DNA of 54,833 bases, taken from an uncultured virus (IMG/VR IMGVR_UViG_3300002839_000259) (taxonomy: Duplodnaviria; Heunggongvirae; Uroviricota; Caudoviricetes). Positions 10,315 to 21,200 of this stretch are shown here, piece by piece. The notes beneath the pieces are model-generated. The model saw only the letters and a list, made by a program, of their open reading frames with translations. It was not told the origin of the DNA and did no database searches. The translations under genes were made by a program, and so were the position numbers. The DNA is taken from IMG/VR virus record IMGVR_UViG_3300002839_000259; one strand, written 5' to 3'. The first letter of the stretch is position 1. Every line of letters begins with the position of its first letter.

Positions 10315-10701
10315 ATGCAGTACATCAAGCACAACATGCAATCAATTCTCAATCCATTTGAAGACTATTTAGAGCTATTAACGTGCGAACTTGGTCCGGA
10401 CCTGGACACAACAAAGAACGTGATCGAAATTCATACCAAAGCTGACAACAAGGTGTTCGCTGTTTACCATGATGGCCAGACAAAGTTGATTTATATTTAT
10501 CCTACTGGTAATGAACCTGGATTAACACTATCGTGTGACCTCACGATGCCGTGCGACAACTACGACGATTATTTGACCGATGTACGAATGTTAAAGGACC
10601 ATGCTCCATACAGGTACGCTGAAATAATTGATAAACAGGTGATTATTAACAAAAAGCTGTTTGATCAACTGTCGAGCGAGTTGTTTGGTCGAGCTGATTA
10701 A
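10315..10701 (+). CDS. hypothetical protein
   Basis: ORF with RBS. Confidence 0.7.
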   Translation: MQYIKHNMQSILNPFEDYLELLTCELGPDLDTTKNVIEIHTKADNKVFAVYHDGQTKLIYIYPTGNEPGLTLSCDLTMPCDNYDDYLTDVRMLKDHAPYRYAEIIDKQVIINKKLFDQLSSELFGRAD

Positions 10702-10843
10702 GACTTTGATTTACATTAATTGCGCCGAAATGGTGAACGTCAATATGTTGATGCAACGATTACTTTTCCTGAACCTTTAGATTCAGGTTGGGAAGCGTAA
10801 ATCATTGTATTTATTAAAAAAAAAAAGAAAGCGAGAAAATAAT

Positions 10844-11233
10844 ATGAACTTTTTTGAACAAACACTGCGAAATATTTTTGAAAACGAACATGATTTTGAT
10901 CAAATTAGATTTATCGGTCGAACAGCATATGGAACAATCGGTGACACCATTCGGTTACGATTTGATATAATCGACACATCAACAAGCAAATATTTCAACG
11001 CCTTAAAAATAACAACGTTTAATAAAAATCAGGGTACAATTGATACGCTGATTCTTCGATTTGATGATATATGGGGTGTCAAAAAAATTGACCACCCGGC
11101 TTTTCCTGAAGGCATTGTTCCGTATATCTATGGCAACAATAAAAAACCCTATTGGTACATTTATGAGCCGAATGAAAAAGACTATAAACAATTGGCGGCA
11201 ACAATCAAACAATACACAAGTCTCTATCAGTAA
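10844..11233 (+). CDS. hypothetical protein
   Basis: ORF with RBS. Confidence 0.7.
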   Translation: MNFFEQTLRNIFENEHDFDQIRFIGRTAYGTIGDTIRLRFDIIDTSTSKYFNALKITTFNKNQGTIDTLILRFDDIWGVKKIDHPAFPEGIVPYIYGNNKKPYWYIYEPNEKDYKQLAATIKQYTSLYQ

Positions 11234-11261
11234 ATAATAACAATAAGAAAGCGAGACGACA

Positions 11262-11549
11262 ATGTCAAATATAACCGATTTTACGCCATATAAAAGTGGC
11301 GTTTGTGTTGAAATGGGACATCCAATTAATACAATAGAATGGCTTTTTCAAATCAATAAAAGCAACGAAAACAAGCTCGTCTTTTTTGCCTACGACGCCA
11401 ATCTATGGGCCTGCCCGGAGTTTAGTACATGGATCGATGGTCCATTCAAAGACTTACAGATCGAAAAAATCCTCGACCGCACGCATAATTTTGCAGGTGA
11501 AGTCTGGTTGGACGATGTCAAGATTAAAGAAAGTGAGAAAAGATTATGA
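11262..11549 (+). CDS. hypothetical protein
   Basis: ORF with RBS. Confidence 0.65.
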   Translation: MSNITDFTPYKSGVCVEMGHPINTIEWLFQINKSNENKLVFFAYDANLWACPEFSTWIDGPFKDLQIEKILDRTHNFAGEVWLDDVKIKESEKRL

Positions 11550-12142
11550 GACATGACGGCGAAGTGACCTATTATTCAATCGAACGATTGCTTCAAAAGC
11601 TTGAAACCAAAGAAAAAAAATATTATGATTGCGGCAATATGGAAATGTATCACGAAACACTACCACACGATGTTATCAACGAATTCACGGCCTGTGGTGA
11701 ATGCTGGCAAAAATATGGATATCATGGCACTCTCAGCTATAACACAGCCATCAGCATCATGGATAAATTGCGCGACGAAATTTTAAACGACGACACAAAA
11801 AATATAGAAATGACATCCCGACATTTTCCCGATGGACAAAAACCTTGGTCAAAAATACTTGATTTCAGGGTTGTTGAACACAAAATGACTCAAGAAACAA
11901 CATATTATGAGCGTGTCAGCGATATTGACCCAAAACTTCAAACCAAAGACGACATCGTGACCTGGTTGAGCACAACAATAAATGAACTCAATAGCAAATC
12001 AGATAATATCAATCGTCAGGTTCAAGCCATTTATGATGATCCAACATCCGATGTCGTCACTGCCGATTTATTAATCGACCGAGACAATATCGAAAAACAA
12101 AGCAGTATTTATGAGAGCATGCTGGATCGCATCGAAAAATAA
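11546..12142 (+). CDS. hypothetical protein
   Basis: ORF with RBS; C-terminus KLQTKDDIVTWL resembles N-terminus of 47034. Confidence 0.7.
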   Translation: MRHDGEVTYYSIERLLQKLETKEKKYYDCGNMEMYHETLPHDVINEFTACGECWQKYGYHGTLSYNTAISIMDKLRDEILNDDTKNIEMTSRHFPDGQKPWSKILDFRVVEHKMTQETTYYERVSDIDPKLQTKDDIVTWLSTTINELNSKSDNINRQVQAIYDDPTSDVVTADLLIDRDNIEKQSSIYESMLDRIEK

Positions 12143-12170
12143 TCTTCAATTCAGAAAGTGAGACAGTTTT

Positions 12171-12491
12171 ATGGCAAAATATTCATGCGGTTTCAACGCA
12201 ACCGAAAAAACAACACTAACGGACAAACAGATCAAAGAACAATTGCTGCAACTTTTGCAAAAACACGAATTACTTGATTGGCTATTGACCAAAGAATTAA
12301 AACCCTGCGGTGAATCTGGAGATATTGATGTCGAAATTGAGTTTCGAAGTATTTCAAACGATATAACAGATGTCTTATTTTGGGTTGATATTCGCAGCAG
12401 CGACGGCATGTTTCGCGAATACTATTTAAACGGAAAAATGCAATATGCCGGTGTTATTTTTACGGAACCATTAATCGACTCCTGGTCATAA
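12171..12491 (+). CDS. hypothetical protein, paralog family A
   Basis: MAKYSCGF...WVDI...REYYLNG. Confidence 0.8.
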   Translation: MAKYSCGFNATEKTTLTDKQIKEQLLQLLQKHELLDWLLTKELKPCGESGDIDVEIEFRSISNDITDVLFWVDIRSSDGMFREYYLNGKMQYAGVIFTEPLIDSWS

Positions 12492-12515
12492 TAATAAGAA
12501 AGTGAAAAAAAGAAT

Positions 12516-12869
12516 ATGACAATAAAAATATTTAATGGAATACCCGTCACCATTCCAAATAAAATTACCACTGAAACAACCGATTATTATATCAGTTATA
12601 ATAATCGGGACATCGGCATTTATGGTTGCGACACCACGGCCCTGGTCCTCACCAAACCAGACACACCCGAAAAATTTTTAATTTTAAACGGCAATCATGT
12701 CAACGCTTATGAAATTATCAAAGACAATAAGGAAACCGTCAAGGATTGCATTCAATATTTCAAAAACAATTATAATCAGCAATCAAAATACAGCGAAAAC
12801 TGGGACGAAATGTTTGTTTTTGGGGCAGATGGTCGATTAACGATCGCAAAAGACCCTAGTTGTCAATAA
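12516..12869 (+). CDS. hypothetical protein
   Basis: ORF with RBS. Confidence 0.7.
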   Translation: MTIKIFNGIPVTIPNKITTETTDYYISYNNRDIGIYGCDTTALVLTKPDTPEKFLILNGNHVNAYEIIKDNKETVKDCIQYFKNNYNQQSKYSENWDEMFVFGADGRLTIAKDPSCQ

Positions 12870-12889
12870 TTTTAGAAAGTGAGAAAAAA

Positions 12890-14379
12890 ATGATCAAACG
12901 AATTTTTATCGTCTTTTGTTTTGTTATGATGGCAACAACACCTGCATATGCTACCGAAAATTCGAAATGGGTGGTCGATGAACCACAGGTTTTATCACAG
13001 GAAACTGTCGATTATGTTACTAATTTAAATGAAAATGTCTTTCCCGGCTATAAAAACAAACCGCAATTGGCCATTGTCGTTCTTGCTGAATTACCCGACG
13101 GATATCCGATCAACGAACATAAAAAAGAATTATTTAATCAATATGGTGTAGGTATAGCAACTGAAAATTGTGGAATTTTGTTCGAGTTGGCCGTTGCTGA
13201 TCGAAAATATGGCCTTGAGATCGGAGATGGATACAACAGTTATCCATTATTGAAAAACGATTTGGAAAATGATTTTATCACACCAGATATGAAATCACTA
13301 TTGGTTGAAGAAGATTATGACATCATGATTAAACAAACCGTGATGAATCTGGAAACGATCCTGGCAAACGAAGAAGCTGGTATTTATGTACAAAAAGAAG
13401 CCAATGTCATTGCACAGCAAAAAATAGCGGAACAAACAGCAAATGACTTTTTTGCGTCTGTTGGCAGAATTATTCAGACGATTATAAAGATTATTGGTCT
13501 GGCAATTATAGCAGGCATCATCGGCGGTGTAATCAGAAAACAACTTTTCATAAACAACATAAAAAATCGACTCGGCCAGATGGCGACTCATTTATCATTA
13601 AGTGGTCAATCCGATAATCAAAAAGAGATTGTTAAATTATGTTGGCAACAAAAAAACAAATATAGCAGCAAAGACGCTCTGCTGCTATATTTGTTTTGCA
13701 TGATAAATATGTAGACATCATCAAACAACAACTTGAAGCCAACAACGCAACTAATAACTTCAATGAGTATGTCAATTATTTGAAAACAAAAAATACGCGT
13801 GAACAATTTACTAAGCTTAACTTATTGACCGTTCAAGAAATCATTGTGGCCGTTGATAAAGCGTGTGCGATAAAACAGACAAATAAAAAGACCAATACTG
13901 AAAAATACGAAAGTTATATTAATTCCTTGTCATTAACTGAAAACACTATTTCAAAACGTGATTTAATGAACAAAATACACGCAGAAACATATTATCACGA
14001 AAACGAAATATTATTGGATGATGAAGTGGCTACCAACATCACTCGTTTGATTGATCAAATGACATTTGATGCTGAATATAAAGAATTTTTATCAAAAAAC
14101 AGTGATAAAATAGATCATAACAGTTTTTCAAAAGATCAATTCCGCAAAGAAATCAAACAGTCAGACGATTATAAAACCTACGGCAACAGCGTTTTCAACA
14201 ATCCCACAATTTTGTTCATGTTGCTGATGATGCACACTGACAATATAATGGCCGAAAACAAAGCCTTAGAATCAAACAATAGTTCAAGCTATAGCAGCAG
14301 CAATAACACCTACGACAGTTTTGGTGGTGGTTTCGACGGTGGCTCATCATCCGGCGGCGGTTTTTCCGGCGGTTGGTAA
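12890..14379 (+). pseudogene. TPM-domain (YgcG-like) membrane protein, split by a frameshift near 13695
   Basis: Signal peptide; VVD...VLS..T...QLAIVV...LF...GVG...GIL...DRK..LEIG.G; TM helix; Ser/Gly tail FGGGFDGGSSSGGGFSGGW typical of the family lies in the second ORF. Confidence 0.75.
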
Positions 14380-14384
14380 TAATT

Positions 14385-14487
14385 GGTCGTGAAAGTCTTA
14401 TTAAACCTTGTCAGTCTTCGAAGCTCTCTGGTTTCGCTGGGAGCAAATGTGAATAAGAAACCCACTCCGTTAGGGGTGGGTGTATCA
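14385..14487 (+). mobile_element. possible orphan IS200/IS605 right-end / omegaRNA remnant
   Basis: AAGAAACCCACTCCGTTAGGGGTGGGTGTATCA hairpin of IS605 right-end style, no U-tract, no tnpB upstream. Confidence 0.4.
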
Positions 14488-14512
14488 GCAAAAAGAAAGT
14501 GAGAAAAAAAAC

Positions 14513-16237
14513 ATGAATATCATTATCACCGCCGGCGGCACTATTGAACCTATTGATGCCGTACGCAGCATCACCAACAAATCCTCAGGAAAACTGGGGC
14601 AAATGATTGCAATAGAATGCCTAAAACAATTTCCAAACTGCTTCATTTATTATCTCCATGGAAAAAATGCGGACGAGTTAAATTTGGATAACAACTTCAG
14701 ACACGAATGTGTTAAAATTGGTTCAGCCGATGATTTGTTAAAAGTTGTCACAAAATTATTAACCAGAAAACCCATTGATTTATTTGTTCACGCCATGGCT
14801 GTTGCTGATTATACAACTGAAAGTGTCATTGATACTGACAAATTAAAATCATTAATCAAAAATAATATTCACACACCTACAAACGAACTAATCGATCAAT
14901 TATTTGATGATGCCATCATTGATAATTCCAGTAAAATATCATCAAATTCAGACATCATGATCAAACTCAAGCCGACACCTAAAATTATCAAAAGCATCAA
15001 AGAATTGTCGCCGTATACGTTTCTCGTGGGATTCAAATTGGTAAATGATGTGAATACAGAAACCATGTTTAATGCAGGTTTTGATTTACTTCGCAAAAAC
15101 CGGTGCAACCTCGTTTTGGCCAATGATTTAGCAAAAATTAACAATTATCGTCACCCTGGAATGCTCATTTATCCCGAAAAAACAATGGATATGTTTAAAA
15201 ACAAACACTTGATTGCCAAAAATCTGGTGCAAGTCATCGCCAACCGCATTGACGCAGCCCATCCGAAGTCACACTATATCAAAACATGGACACCCATTGA
15301 CATTCAAGTCGAATTATTCAATAACACCGGTAGACGGCTTGACAAATGGGATCTCTTGCCCCACGTAATTAACCACAACAAAACAAACAAAATTGGCACG
15401 TATGGCAACATGTCAGTGCGCACCGGGAAAAAAGAATTTATTATTACCGGTCGAAACATTGACAAGACCAATATTAAAGCCAATGATTTAGTCAACGTCA
15501 ATTATGTCTGTTTTGAAGAACATGATAAAGATCTTGTCAAAACATATGCTACTGTCAATTATTCGCATATCAGCGAAAATATGAAACCATCAATTGATGC
15601 GGCTATTCACGCCAAAATATATGAACGCTTTGATATCAACGCGATTCTGCATGTTCACACCCCCGACAAACTGTTTCTCGGTGTGCCGATCGTTTATGGC
15701 AAACATCCATGCGGCTCAAAACCCGAGATGGACGCCATTGTTGAGTGCCTAAACCGCAATCCCGACGCCAACATCATCCAACTTGAGAAACACGGACTGA
15801 TGATTCTTGGTGCATCGCTGTTTGACTGTCAATTGCTGCTTGATGATCTGTTTGAATTCAATCCGTATATCGATTTATCTCAGAAAATGACTGATCAGGA
15901 ATGCCTGGATCATATCAAAGACGTCGATGCACAATTTGTGACCGACGATGAGTCGTATTTGTTAAAAATACAAGATATAACCATTGGTATGATTTGGGAA
16001 TCGATTTCTGATCAAAAGATCAGATTAATTGACTTTGGAATTTACGTTAAATTTGAATTTCAACGAAAAAATCTCGGTGTGATCAAAAAATATTTACATA
16101 TGAGACAAGGTTGCACCATGATGCTGCACACCAAAGATGAATGCGACATTACCGACTTATATCAAACAAAATACGGATTCTCCCATTTTTGTCAAAAAGA
16201 AAAAGACTATGCAATTCTAATTAAAAAAGATAATTGA
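14513..16237 (+). CDS. fusion of CoaB-like phosphopantothenate-cysteine ligase and class II aldolase/adducin domain, plus unassigned C-terminal domain
   Basis: IITAGGT.EPID.VR.ITN.SSGKLG, HAMAVADY, LVGFKL, LVLANDL (CoaB); GNMSVR, KPS.D..IH..IY, ILHVH, LEKHG (class II aldolase). Confidence 0.8.
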   Translation: MNIIITAGGTIEPIDAVRSITNKSSGKLGQMIAIECLKQFPNCFIYYLHGKNADELNLDNNFRHECVKIGSADDLLKVVTKLLTRKPIDLFVHAMAVADYTTESVIDTDKLKSLIKNNIHTPTNELIDQLFDDAIIDNSSKISSNSDIMIKLKPTPKIIKSIKELSPYTFLVGFKLVNDVNTETMFNAGFDLLRKNRCNLVLANDLAKINNYRHPGMLIYPEKTMDMFKNKHLIAKNLVQVIANRIDAAHPKSHYIKTWTPIDIQVELFNNTGRRLDKWDLLPHVINHNKTNKIGTYGNMSVRTGKKEFIITGRNIDKTNIKANDLVNVNYVCFEEHDKDLVKTYATVNYSHISENMKPSIDAAIHAKIYERFDINAILHVHTPDKLFLGVPIVYGKHPCGSKPEMDAIVECLNRNPDANIIQLEKHGLMILGASLFDCQLLLDDLFEFNPYIDLSQKMTDQECLDHIKDVDAQFVTDDESYLLKIQDITIGMIWESISDQKIRLIDFGIYVKFEFQRKNLGVIKKYLHMRQGCTMMLHTKDECDITDLYQTKYGFSHFCQKEKDYAILIKKDN

Positions 16238-16320
16238 GTTTTTTCAAAAGGGAATTAAAACCATTTGTTGTAACTGAAAAAATATTAATCAGAAATTAAA
16301 CAAGAAAGCGAGATAATCCG

Positions 16321-16458
16321 ATGAGCAATTGTCAAGCCTGTATATGTGAAGATTGCGGGCACAATGATCAAAGAACCTGTGACATTGACGGCGCATACAC
16401 TTGTAAAAACTGTGAAGAGCCTACTGAAAGATGTGTTGACTATTGTCGACGCGACTAA
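16321..16458 (+). CDS. small Cys-rich peptide (45 aa)
   Basis: RBS AGAAAGCGAG; MSNCQACICEDCGH...; ends before a terminator. Confidence 0.55.
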   Translation: MSNCQACICEDCGHNDQRTCDIDGAYTCKNCEEPTERCVDYCRRD

Positions 16459-16685
16459 TTAATTAAACTGAGTGCCTTGCCGTAACGGCGTTGCACTTTT
16501 TTTTTGCACAATTTCTACTATTTGAAGGCCTCGTTCACAACAACAATTTAAGTTGTAGTATAAGCATGAATAAGGAAATTATTTAAAAGTTTATGATGTT
16601 TATGCTATAATGAAATTAAGAAAAAATAAGTTAAAAAGTTGTTTAAAAAACGCCAACTCAAAATAAGAAAGTGGGTAATAAAAAT

Positions 16686-17111
16686 ATGATTAATTGTGAC
16701 ATTGCTAAAAACCATTTCAAAGAACTGGACCGCATGTGCAACAGCATGCAACACTGCAAAGACTGTATGATTCAATACGTCAAAGGTGAAAATTGCAGCG
16801 AAAAGATTCGACTTCACCCTACAGCCGTGCAATACACTGTGTCAATTTGGTCAGACAAACATCCCATGGCATATGGCGACGATGAGGAGTATGCCGATCG
16901 ACCATCGTATGCGCCATGCAGTGAAACAACACAGTGTCTGAATGAGCTTAAACGCCTGTGTGACAGCAAGCCCCATTGTGAAGACTGTCCGATTCAGGCG
17001 TTGACCGAACATAATTGTCATACCATCATTGTCCATCGGCCTGACCAGATGCCGACAATTATTCAAAAATGGTCAGACGAAAATCCGCCGACACAACCTG
17101 TTCAAGTTTAA
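16686..17111 (+). CDS. Cys-rich protein with two internal repeats
   Basis: EL.R.C.S..HC.DC.IQ.....C...I...P......WSD..P occurs twice. Confidence 0.7.
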   Translation: MINCDIAKNHFKELDRMCNSMQHCKDCMIQYVKGENCSEKIRLHPTAVQYTVSIWSDKHPMAYGDDEEYADRPSYAPCSETTQCLNELKRLCDSKPHCEDCPIQALTEHNCHTIIVHRPDQMPTIIQKWSDENPPTQPVQV

Positions 17112-17235
17112 TGATTGACACACATTGCCCGTTTGGGTTGTGTGTGTTTTTTTTTTGATAAAAATTAATGCGCAATCGTCGATTGCCGGTGGCCATTTGA
17201 TTGACCAAAAATAATAACAAAAAGGAGATATAAAA

Positions 17236-17559
17236 ATGAAAAATATTAAAACTGTATTGACTATAGTATTGATTATTATGATTCCCATCAGCACACTGTT
17301 GCTTGCTGGTTGCCAAGCAGCTGACACAAGTGAGGTCACAACTAGAACAACAACCGAGACACAATTTGCCGTCGTCCGCACAGAAGGTCTTGAAAACAGC
17401 CGAGTTGACTGTGATACATCAGTTGAAGTCATCGTTGATCGACAAACCAACGTAATGTACATGAAGACGACTGAAACGACGCTCAGAGGTGTGGGTACCG
17501 GATTAACTGTCATGCTTGATGTTGATGGCAAACCGCGAATCTACGAAGATCAGAATTAA
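17236..17559 (+). CDS. lipoprotein (DUF6440-like)
   Basis: Lipobox LLAGC; VIVD..T.V.Y...GLTVMLD.DGKP. Confidence 0.7.
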   Translation: MKNIKTVLTIVLIIMIPISTLLLAGCQAADTSEVTTRTTTETQFAVVRTEGLENSRVDCDTSVEVIVDRQTNVMYMKTTETTLRGVGTGLTVMLDVDGKPRIYEDQN

Positions 17560-17575
17560 AAAGGAGAAATAAAAA

Positions 17576-18040
17576 ATGAAAACAGTTATTGAAGTACCTA
17601 CAATAACACTTGAACTAGAAGGTGACCAAATTGATATGATGAAAAGCGTATTAATGCAAATGATCGAACGGTTTGAAAGAATTGATAAACAGGTTTACGC
17701 AAACCAATGCAAAAAATTACTCAGTATCATCAAAGAAAAAGATCAGCACACTGACATTCAACCTGTGGCTGATACCTACCATCAAAGATTGCGAAACAGT
17801 TTTGGCAATCAAATAAATTTTGACACAGATGTGATGGAAGTCAGCACACTGGACAGCAGCAGGCTATTCATGATTTATATTGAAGCCAAAAATAGCGTCA
17901 CCGTGATGCGATTGACCAAAGACGACACTTTGTGCGAAACGATCACGGCCAAACAAGAGCTGTTCGAACCGTGTACCGATCGGGAAACATATTTGTTAAC
18001 CGTTGGTATGTTGCGAACGGCCATGGGCGCGACTGCGTGA
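17576..18040 (+). CDS. hypothetical protein, paralog of 35369
   Basis: LEL..DQIDM.K shared. Confidence 0.7.
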   Translation: MKTVIEVPTITLELEGDQIDMMKSVLMQMIERFERIDKQVYANQCKKLLSIIKEKDQHTDIQPVADTYHQRLRNSFGNQINFDTDVMEVSTLDSSRLFMIYIEAKNSVTVMRLTKDDTLCETITAKQELFEPCTDRETYLLTVGMLRTAMGATA

Positions 18041-18299
18041 TGAATTGAGCCTTTCCATTTGGGATAGGCTCTTTTTTATATAAAAATAAGCACTCATGCA
18101 ATCATAGATTGCCGGGTGAATCCGAAATGTCAATTTAAAAAAGGACACAATTATTATTGCACTCTTTTTTCTGAGTCATGTGTGATAATATAAGCAATCA
18201 GGAATATTAAATGATCAAGAACGTGAGACATCATTATAAAAACAATAAAATCGTCCGGCGAAACTAATAAAAAATAATAGAAAGCGAGAAAGATATAAT

Positions 18300-21200
18300 A
18301 TGCAATTTCAAGATTTTACCAACCAATATGCGGTCAGCAAAACATTGAGTTTTGAGTTAATACCGCAAGGTCGAACATTAGAGCACGTTGAAGCAAAGGG
18401 TCTTTTGTCCGAAGATGAACACCGATCAGAAAGTTATAAAACGGTCAAAACCGTTATTGACCGATATCACAAACAATTTATTGAAGAAGCGCTCTCTGGT
18501 TTTGAGCTTGATGAGCTGGAAACATATCAAACGCTTTATAATATTGCCAATAAAACATCAGAAGATCAAAAATGTTTTATTGCTATACAAGACACCATGC
18601 GAAAATCAATCGTCAAACACATCAAACAACACCCTAAATTCAGCATCCTTGATAAAAAAGAACTCATCCGTGACGAATTATTCACATATTGTGAAAACGA
18701 CGCCGAAAAAGCGATGGTGTTGGAATTCTATAAATTCACAACCTATTTCAGCGGATTTAATGACAACCGAAAAAACATGTACAGCGATGAAGAAAAAAGC
18801 ACGGCTATTGCATATCGCATCGTCCATCAAAATTTGCCAAAATTTATTGACAATTTAAAAACTTTCAGTCTTATATCAAATGTATTATCCGAAAATATCA
18901 AAACGTTAAATACTGAACTGCAAAACGTTCTTGGTAACATGATCATCAATGATATCTTCGCTCTAAATTTTTTCAATCAAACACTGACACAAAAGGGGAT
19001 TGACAGATACAATACGCTGCTGGGTGGTTTTACCGATCAAAATAACCCAAAAAAGAAGATTAAAGGATTGAACGAATATATCAATCAATATAATCAAACA
19101 TTGCCAAAAACAGGTAAAATCGGAAAATTAAAGCCTCTATATAAGCAAATTCTCAGTGATCGCGAAAGTATTTCATTTTTGCCAGAAACACTGCAAACGG
19201 GACAAGACGTTTTAACTGCCCTTCGATGCTACTATGAGAGCAATCTAGCCGACGTGATCAACGAATACGGAAATGATGGTAAAACATTAAAAGAAGTATT
19301 CGAAAACTTATCCAACTATGACCTGTCTGGTGTATTTATCCGAAACGATGCTTCTATTGCTGACGTATCCCAAAAAATATTTGGCAACTGGAATATCATC
19401 CAACAAGCATTTGACCTTCGATATGATCAAACGTATACCGGCAAGAAATCTAAAAAACCTGAAAAATATGAAGACGAACGCAAAAAATATTTTAAAAATA
19501 TTCAAAGTTTTTCAATTGAGTCTATTAATGAGGCCCTGACCTATCTTAACGATAAAACTAAACATAAGCAAATCGAAAAATTCTTCAGCGGATTGGGCAT
19601 ACGTGAGAACAAAAATAATCTGATTACAATAATCAACAAGGCCTATGAAGACCTTGAAAAAGTGTTGGGAATACCTTATCCAACAGATAAAGAACTCTCA
19701 CAGGACACCCGAACTGTTGAAAAAATCAAAACATTTCTGGACAGTGTCAAAGCACTTCAATGGTTTACCAAACTCATTTTGGGAAAAGGTACTGAACCAA
19801 ACAAAGACTCACTGTTTTACGGTGACTTATTGCCACTATGGAATGAGATTGACAAAATTACGCCCCTTTATAACAGTATCCGAAATTACATGACAAAGAA
19901 ACCCTATTCCACAGAAAAGATTAAACTCAACTTTCAAAACGCAACGTTGCTGGCTGGCTGGGACGTCAATCAAGAACGAGCAAACACAAGTCTGATTTTC
20001 TTGAAGAACGGCCTGTACTATTTGGGAATTATGGATCAAGAATACAATAAAAGTTTCATCGATCTTCCTGTTCTACCGATGACAACAGCAGACGATGTTT
20101 ATCAGAAAATGGAATACAAACAATTGCCCGGTCCGGAAAAAATGCTACCCAAAGTGTTCTTTTCAAAAGCTCGAATTGATGAATTTGCACCATCAGAACG
20201 GGTTCTTGAAATATACAAAAACGGAACCTTTAAAAAAGGTGATGATTTCAAACTTGAAGATTGTCATGAACTGATTGAGTTTTATAAACGCGCAATCGCT
20301 CAACATCCCGCGTGGAATCAGTTTAATCACCAATTCTCAAAAACAAGCGCCTATCAAAATATCGGCGAATTTTATAATGATGTAAAACAACAAGGGTATA
20401 AAATCACTTATCGAGATGTGCCGGTAGAATACATGAATCAATTGATCAATGACGGACAACTATATTTGTTCCAAATTTATAACAAAGATTTTTCACCGCA
20501 CAGCAAAGGAACACCCAACATGCACACGTTATATTGGAAAATGATTTTTGATGAACAAAATTTGAATGACGTCGTTTATAAGCTTGATGGTGGCGCCGAA
20601 GTATTTTATCGCAAAGCCAGCCCTGGCATCAAAAAAACACCGACACACCCCAAGAATCAAGCAGTGGCTAACAAAAATCCACTCAACCCCAAAAAAGAAA
20701 GTATATTTGACTATGATTTGATTAAAAATAAACGATTTACGATGGATAAGTTTTTATTACATGTACCAATCAAAATGAATTTTAAGGCCAATCCCATGAC
20801 CAATCTCAATATGAGCGTGCGGTCTTATTTAAAAACACAGAGAAAAACCAATATCATTGGCATTCACCGTGGTGAACGCAATTTACTCTATGTCGCCGTC
20901 ATCAATGAAAAAGGTGAGATTCTGGAGCAACAGTCACTTAATACGATTATGAATAAAAACAACGACATCTCTCATACAACAGATTATCATGATCTTCTTG
21001 ATCGCAAGGAAAAAGAACGCGATACGGCCCGTAAAAACTGGCAGACGATCGAAAATATCAAAGAATTGAAGGAAGGATATCTCAGCCAGGTCATACATAA
21101 AATCACCCAGCTAATGGTTAAATATCAGGCAATCGTCGTGGTTGAAGATTTAGATATGGGATTTATGCAAGGCCGCCAGAAAGTTGAAAAGCAAGTTTAT

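Noticed and set aside
16423..16435. 13-nt match (ACTGAAAGATGTG) to the reverse complement of spacer 2
   Set aside because: Covers only the PAM-distal half with no seed match; plausible by chance. I saw no convincing self-target for any spacer by eye, though this was not an exhaustive search
16510..16522. AATTTCTACTATT resembles the start of a canonical Cas12a handle
   Set aside because: The GTAGAT arm is missing, so no stem forms; single copy in AT-rich DNA
19839..19849. 11-nt match (TGGAATGAGAT) between spacer 9 and cas12a itself
   Set aside because: Too short and the seed mismatches; autoregulation or targeting of a host cas12a cannot be supported without a search
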